From NCBI RefSeq assembly GCF_026571515.1, contig NW_026852422.1:1-64000 (forward strand): 64,000 nucleotides of DNA. Reading direction: 5' to 3'. This document shows positions 56,206 to 64,000 of the stretch, in pieces (position 1 is the stretch's first letter; each line of letters begins with the position of its first letter). The notes below the pieces were generated by a model that saw only the letters and a program-made list of their open reading frames with translations, was not told the origin of the DNA and searched no databases. The translations under genes were made by a program, and so were the position numbers. This DNA comes from Ruditapes philippinarum. Taxonomy: Eukaryota.

Positions 56206-56607
56206 TCGGAAGAATTAACACATAGTTTTAAGCCGACGGTGGTGATCCTGACATTTTAATTAATTAATAGCGGAATACTCGTATATATTTGGACGATAAA
56301 AATACATCTTACGTTTTGGTTATTATTTTATTTAGTCAATATTAAAATTGTCATTGTATATTTTCATAGATATGTATATACTTTTGATAAATTATTGTCT
56401 TTTCAGAAGTAATAAGTTTTGTTGTATAACAGTTATGACTTTCCCTTGGCATAATTGATCTTTATAGCGGCTGATTAACGCCATATCGTGTTTTCGCTTC
56501 TTTGCCTCAAAAAAAATAAAAAAAGCGAAAACACGAAAGACGACAAAATCCAATTTTGTGGTCCCTTCGTGTTTTCGCATTTTGAGACAAAGAAGCAAAA
56601 ATACGAC

Positions 56608-56682
56608 TAGTCTGGATTACCTGCCCTTTTCTCTCCGTTCAATAAATATACTAAATTTTATAGTACGACGGGAACCAGACTA
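56608..56682. mobile_element. 75 bp miniature element, Academ/AcademH-like
   Basis: aaatacgac|tagtctgg ... ccagacta|aaatacgac: TAG..CTA termini, 9 bp TSD. Absent at paralogous sites (~21885, ~44160). Confidence 0.75.
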
Positions 56683-58662
56683 AAATACGACATGGTGTAA
56701 ATCAGCCACATGCCAAATTTCGTGTCAATCGCAACTTTTCGGCCCTTTCCGTAAGCCTTCGGACACAATAGTATGAATACACAGAACGGATACGGTATTT
56801 AAGTCTAACCTACGTTAAGAAACTAAAAAATTCTTTAAAATATATAGTAATACGCACACTTTTTGCTTTTCATGAACTTACGGCTTTAGAAAAAATGTTT
56901 CTGCAACAGTGATTTTATAGCTAAATAAAATCACTGTGTGAAGAATTGCGCATCCAATCGATTCTTTAATAATTGTCAAAACAGTGATTTTATTGCATAT
57001 TTACAAAAACTTTCGGTCCTTCTATGGTCAATAGAGAAAACTGCGAGTCATGTAAGAATGATGAGTGTTACGTATTACTGGTGTATACCGTATTATAAGA
57101 CCGTGTAAGTTACGTATGTCCGTCTAGACTCTTGCTACTCAAGAAAATAACTGTCATTTGTTACGGTTCATATCGGAATATCCGGCCTAATGGGCGGTAA
57201 TGAGGGTTGTATTTTCTCACCAACGAGAACATGTGTACATAAATTTTTAAGATTCAAGAAGTTAAAATATTTCCCATGCCTTTTAAAAATTAGTTATATC
57301 TATTATCTAGTTTCAGCCTTATGTGGTTACAAGTTGAAATACATTACAAATACAAACGTTGAATGATCTTATTACCCCCACCACATACTTTGAAGATTGT
57401 TGTAATATTTATAAGTTATAAGCAAAACTAAAGAATGATTGAATGTTTGTTTAAGTCAATTAATTCTAAATAGTACCAAGAGGAATTTCATTAATCTCCA
57501 ATAAAATTTCATTAAAAACACCTGAGATAAACATGACATCCCTAAAATAAAATCTCACATAAATCATAAAAACATCATTGAAACGAAACGCATTTGGAAA
57601 TAGACAAGAATGGATATAAAAGGTAATAACTTAATTTGGACTTGACTGGAAATTTTTTTTAAGAGTAATGTCCATCTTAATTTACAAACATCAACTTGAT
57701 TAGAAAACAAAAATAAATTTTCTGTGGATCAACATACAATGTATTTAATTGCTATTATAGGATATTTAGAATTAATCTGCTTTATTGGAAACTGACATTT
57801 TTCTTTTATTTTTTTATACAGTACCTATCAAGATATGAAAAAATATTATTATGAAAAATGACAACCGATTTAAAAGTTTTAAGAAAGTCATCAAAGCACA
57901 TTAATATGTTTTATCAAAAAATATTTGAAGTTGGATTTTCGTAATAGACAATATTAAAATGAACATTCCGCGGGTGCAGGCTGATATATTCAACACTAGA
58001 TACACAGTACTGCTTTTAAATAACTGTGTAATGTTTCATATACCGCTTTCAGCAACGTTTAAACTTTAAAGGGTTGTTTAACTTCCTTTATGTCATTTTC
58101 GGAAAATGTTTACTTAATGATTCAAAGTTTAAGGGGTTGAAACTTTGGGTCAGACGGATTAAATAAAGCTTAGATTAAATGAAAGCATTTACTATATTGT
58201 TACAAGACCAAACATGTTGGCCTCTGTTGGCCGAAGTGCATTCAAATACTATGAAAGGGTAGTTGTTGTTGTTCAATTGGCTTTATGTAAATTTAGCGAA
58301 TGTCAATATGACAGATGCATATACTAGAGGCACTAGAGGACGTTTTGCCTCTTAATATGACCACTCGTAAATAAACTTAAAACTTTAAATTTTTATTTTA
58401 AAATAAATTCAAATAACGTTCGACCACCGCTTCTTTTGTGTGAATGACGTTTTTTTTTGTGTACGCGATAGACACGGTCACACTATAAAGTAATTGCAGA
58501 AATACATGTGATATAATTATAGTGATAAAAATAGAATAATCAGAAGTTGGTGCAATTTTACATACCGGATTGATGTGTTAATAATTTTTATCTGTGTAAA
58601 TACGTGTATTAGTAGACAAGAGATCGGACATTTCGTTGCTTAGGAAGACTTTTCACCTTGAA

Positions 58663-60346
58663 ATGGAAGTCTCGGGACGTAAGGAAACTTCTGCTATATT
58701 ATGCCAGCCATGTCAGCGTGACGGTGATACTGCACAAGCAGAGGGCTATTGTGAGAATTGTAACGAGTTTATATGTTCATCATGTATCAAGGCACACCGG
58801 AAATTGGCTGTTACTACAAATCACGTGATCAAATCCAAAAATGAAATGCCGACATATCAGACACAAAGCGACCCATGTACTGAACTCTGTGATGTTCATG
58901 TAAACGAAATAGTAAAGTTTTATTGTCAAGAGCACGACAGCGTTGGTTATGGAGATTGTATGGTACTTCAACAATACCTCTTGCAAGGTTCAACTCGTTT
59001 CAGATGTATCAAGTAACTATGACATCAATGTCGACTTCGATTTAATTAAACATAGAATTGATAACCTCAGGAAAAACCTTGCTTCATGTAAAGAAGAAAT
59101 AAAATGCAGTTTGAAAGCAGCGGATGAAATAAAGGCCGAGGTCGTCAAAGAAATCAAGCTATGGCGTAAAGAAATGGATGATTATCTATACAAAATTGAA
59201 AAAGACCTTTTACAAAAAGTTGACGAAATGAATGACAGAGATGTATCGTCTCAGCAAAAGCTTCAAGATCAGTGCGAGGCATTATCAGATGAAATGAAAG
59301 AATTTCAAAGAAAATTGAATCAGTGCAAAGACAAGGTCAACAATTTGTTTGTGACATCTAAACGTGTACAGAGAAAATCGGAAAAATGTCAAAAAATAAA
59401 TGAAACCATTTCAACCAAAAGTCAGATAAACACTTTAAATTTTAAAGTATCTGAAGGTATTGATACCATGATGAAACATAACACACCCCTTGGCAGTCTT
59501 ACAACACAAGTAAAAACATTTTCAGGGCAATGCAAGAAATGTATTAATGACATGAAGGCACATTTTGTTAATAAAGTAAATTGCCAGACAGAAAACGAAG
59601 AAAATTGTATTATTGTAGGAATCACAATTATATCTGAAGCCGAAATTCTTTTAGCAGACCACGCTAACAAATCGTTAAAAGTTCTTAATTACAGAGATAA
59701 TATAGTCACCTCAACATTGAAATTGTCAGATTTTCCCGCTAACATAACCACTATCAGTTCATCATCTGCTGCAACATGTTTACCAAATGAAGGCAAAATC
59801 TTGTTTGTGAATACGCATAACGGTTTGACTGAAAGTCACAGTCTGGATGTCAGGAAAGGATGTGTTGGACTAGATCATCGTAATGGTATATTGGCAGTGT
59901 CCTTTATTAAACCTCCCGCTGTTCAGGTATTGGATATGGAAGGTCATATCCTTCATGAGGTTAGAGATACAAGCATATTGAAATATCCAACATTTGTACA
60001 TCTGAGTACAGATAATGAATATATGTTCGTGTCTGACAAGAAAAACCGTGCCGTGTATAAATTTACAGTCCAGGGAGAACTGATATCTCAAAATAAAACA
60101 GAGAATAATGATAAACCAGTAGGTTTAACAGTTACAAACTGTGGATGTGCTGTTGTTTGTTATCCAATGAAAAGCTATTCGCTCGGAGTTATTGTTCCTG
60201 GTACGAAAGAGATTCTGCCATTCAATGCGCAGCATTTATTGAAGCCATTTTATATCAACATTTCTAAAGAGCAAAATAAAATTTTTATTAGTGAACTCAA
60301 TTCATCCGTGGACTGCAATTTCATTAAAATATTTGAACTCAAGTAA
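58663..60346 (+). pseudogene. TRIM-like paralog D; one 1 bp insertion (possibly intact in vivo)
   Basis: ATG 58663. Extra A at ~58974 (caacaatacc vs caacatacc) and C>Y in GCGDC. Otherwise open to TAA 60346. Confidence 0.7.
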
Positions 60347-63291
60347 CAGTTAGGGCTGTGTCACAAAATAAGTATGCTTGTATAATTCATTTGTATGGCT
60401 TTTGTTCGTGCCAAAATGAGATAAAGTTAACAGTATTGTTGTACCTACAATACTATCACCATGTTAATCTTTATTGAGACACTTTGCATTTTACGAAAAA
60501 GGAGGAAAAGATTAAAATAATAGTCACATAAATAAATGTTTTGTTAAAAGCATTAATAGCGTTAATTCAGTGTTAAAAATTATGTTGTAAATATGCTGTA
60601 CTTTTTTTCTTACTTCATATACTTTTGTAAACAGTAATAGCATTACAATGCAGAGGAAAAATAAAAGACGTATAGTGTTACACAATTATGTTCAGTATTT
60701 TATTTTCAATTCAAATGCCATTTTTTGTGTTTCTTTGGGAATTGCATGCCGTAAGTGGAAATTCGCTTGAATATTTTTCTTTAATTTTCAATTATCATTT
60801 ATTTGCATTTTTGTTAAAATTTAGTTTTATATGATTGGGTTAATAATGAAAATATTTTCAACACATAGATTTAATTATTATAGTTTCGTCCTTGATATTT
60901 TATATTTTACAAAGCTGACGAATCAAACACAGCAAACTATTATTATCGTTTTTTTTCGAATTCTTTGTAACATTGAAGAATTATGTTGAATTTAAATTTT
61001 AGTATGTTACCAACATTACTCTCATTTTATTTCTTACTTTGATTTTGATAATAACTTAAAACGTTTTCATTTGTATTCGCACATAAAAACAAACAAAAAT
61101 ATGTTGTTTTTTTTCATTTAATTAAAGAAGACCCTACCGGAAGATGGGCCCGGAAAAATAACATTTTGCCAATGCATCGACAATAACTTTGATAATGGAC
61201 TGCTATTATGTACTTATGTAGTGAACTATAATGGTTATGTGTTTTTTCCGCTATCTTAAGGAGTCGCCTGCCAGACTAAGTATAAATTGAACGTCTGCTT
61301 CTGATTTAAATATTTAAACGAAAAATTCATCTAATCCTCTTATAATGCATATTCTAACATTTTAATTGTCCCAGCTTTTTATTCAAGTTAACTTTACTGA
61401 TCAGGGGAAGTAACTGCCACGAAAAGCTTGTAGTGTATCAGCAACGGTAACTTCTCATGATTAGGGGGCAGACACTTAGCCGCGTTATGCTTGTGAACGT
61501 TTATCTCTTCTATTTTATTTTTTCCTCAGTACAATCAGACGTTTAACTAAACTTTAATGAACCGTTCAAAAATGACCTTTTTGATGAAAATTGAGAAGAT
61601 TGATCAGTTTTCAAAAGTTATAGAAAATAATAAATAAATAAAAAAAGACACAACAGCAGTAACAACAACAAAATATTTATAATTGACATTAAGCCAGAGA
61701 AGGCATCGCTCCGCCCACTAATTCACGTGACCCGGTCAGCAAGAACCTTAAACACATTATGGTACCGATGTATTCGCAAAACTGTTATACCATTTATGTG
61801 ACTAATGAATGTACCTTGAATATTTTTTGTATATATAAAATTGTGATGCTTTTAATAGCTTTATTGAATAGTATATCTATTATTCAATGTATAAATGTAT
61901 TATGGTATTTTAAAAACAAGTTAAAAATATCTGCATTTACGTATTAATGACGCATGAAACGTTTTGCAAAGAGCGTGTTATTTCTGGTTGACTTCAATGA
62001 AAATCTATAACTGACAAAATGTCATTATGTCTTACAAAATTCAAAGAGACTATATGTAGAAAAGTATATGATTATGTTATGATCGTTTTATTTTCAAATT
62101 GAAGAAGAGAAACAAAAACAGTAAAATTATATAAGTGACTCAAATCTAAATCATTTTTCGGGTTTTGTGTGCAAAATTCTGTTTAGATAATACATTAATT
62201 TGTTCATGAATTGTTAGAATTGATTCAGGAAATTGCATGCCCTTGCTAACGTTTTAGTATATGTGATTCTGTATCGTTAACATACATTTGATATGATTCA
62301 CGACAAAATACATAATAATATTTGTTATTCTTTTAAGAATAAGCTTCACATACATCAAACATGATGTTATTGGTATTAGTTTCGTATTAAGCAGATCTAT
62401 TTGAATATTTAATCCTAATTTATTGAACTTTAATAGAAATATTCAGGTTAGATAACTTCACCCAATTTTCTATTAATTGGCTTATTATATTTGCATTTTT
62501 ACGGCTGCATTTTTATTGACGCTTTACGTTATAAACGAATAAATCTTCTGGATATTCTAGGACCTGATGATATGTAACTTGTGATTATTATTCGGTAGAA
62601 TGGAAATAAGCAAAGTGAATTTGTTTAAATCTTTTCCTTTTTCAATGCACTGTGTAAAACCCAGGATAAATGTTTCGTACTTATCATTTCCATATCTAGA
62701 AATGTATTGACTTTTTGTATAATAAATAACTTACTCGATCTGTCAATATGTCAGTATAGTTGGTAACTTAAATAATATATCGATAAATAAGCTTTAAATT
62801 GAAAATAATATAAACTTATTTCAATCAAAATTACTTCTATACCATTGACTTAGACAAGTAGTTTATCTATGGAAAATGGTGGACTTCGCAGGCATCTTAG
62901 AATGGAACTAATAACGATCGTTGATTGGCTTATCTCTATGACCTCTGCAAGTTTGATTGACAGGCGGCGTAATGTCAATTGCAGGTAGGGTAATTCCAAA
63001 GACCAATTATTTTTACATTATTGAACTCCCATTTAAATTGTTAAAAAATATTTTATTAATTCATCAGTTTATTTATACATCCGTAGGTGACGGTTCGAAA
63101 ATAAGTGAATTTATAATATTTTTATTGTTTAAAAAATCCTAAGAATTAGCTGCTGTATTCTGAAACCTTCCGGGCAGCGGACTGAATTATAGTTCATGTC
63201 ATCTATTGAGTATATTGAATTAGTATAAGTTCAATACTAAATTTATTGGACGAGCTGAATACGATTACATAATGCAAGCATCTGGCGATAT

Positions 63292-63610
63292 AAATAGAAA
63301 ATTTACTGTTACATAAGCGATTTTACATTTTGCGTTTATTAACCAAAAATGTATAGAATATATACTGTAGCATAAGCAAATTAACATTTTGGGTTTATAA
63401 ACCAAGATGTATAGAAAATATAGAATATATATTGTAACATAAGCGTTTGAAGAGTCTGCCAAAACATGTATAGAATATATACTGTTACATAGGCAATTTA
63501 ACATTTTGTGTTTTTAAACCAAAAATGTATAGATATATATTCTGTTACATAAATCGCTTAACATTTTGTGTTTATAAATCAAAAAATGTGTTGTATATAT
63601 ACTGTAAAAC
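63292..63610 (+). repeat. ~59 bp minisatellite (~5 copies)
   Basis: Unit approx. aaccaaaaatgtatagaatatatactgttacataagcaaattaacattttgtgtttata. Confidence 0.85.
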
Positions 63611-64000
63611 ACGAGAATAAATATACACAAGGATTCCCCGAAATGAACGTAAAATGTTGATGTGGGGATAATAATTCATGAAATATTTATTTTATACATA
63701 GTAGTAAGAAAGTAAACAGTAGAGACAATTAAACAATAAATCTTTATAACATTGATTTATTTGAAAATGAATAACATAATTTATTAACGTATTCAACTTC
63801 AACACTAACAATATGTGTAATGAACTTTAAGAACTTTTACTTTGGAAATACCAATCTAACATCAGTATGATGATCCAAATGTCTTGTAAGCAAAAAATTT
63901 TTTTCAACCATGATGGAAATTCATTTATCGCACAGATATATTTATTAAAGAAATAACTCAAATATTTAAGTATTGTACTTAAAAATAAAGGATACAGTCT

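Larger units (their letters stand above)
52140..61690 (+). repeat. Segmental duplication unit 3
   Basis: Colinear with units 1 and 2. 61150-61680 matches 36320-36880. Homology ends near 61690. Confidence 0.85.

Overview
AT-rich eukaryotic genomic DNA with spliceosomal introns. The repeat families and gene types suggest a bivalve mollusc (inference). 1-5175 holds the last six coding exons of a transmembrane adenylyl cyclase of the AC5/6 type. About 5.2-17 kb is non-coding and rich in non-autonomous transposons: Sola-like foldback MITEs, a Helentron-type element nested inside another with ~166-170 bp internal arrays, and a tRNA-derived SINE. From 17 to 61.7 kb is a tandemly duplicated, all-plus-strand cluster in the order tubA1 - mariner - TRIM-like A - TRIM-like B - tubA2(psi) - TRIM-like C - tubA3(psi) - TRIM-like D. 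The alpha-tubulin is a divergent isotype (K40T; V250L/F255L/P268L in copies 1 and 3). Only copy 1 is intact with its ATG-only exon 1. The four single-coding-exon, RING-less B-box/B-box/coiled-coil/NHL-like beta-propeller genes are almost invariant in the scaffold. They are hypervariable at regularly spaced propeller loop positions and mosaic with respect to each other, which suggests a recombining, ligand-diversifying and possibly innate-immune receptor array. This is the best candidate for an undescribed system. Several frameshifts are single-base homopolymer changes, and two patches look like poor assembly consensus, so some pseudogene calls are provisional.
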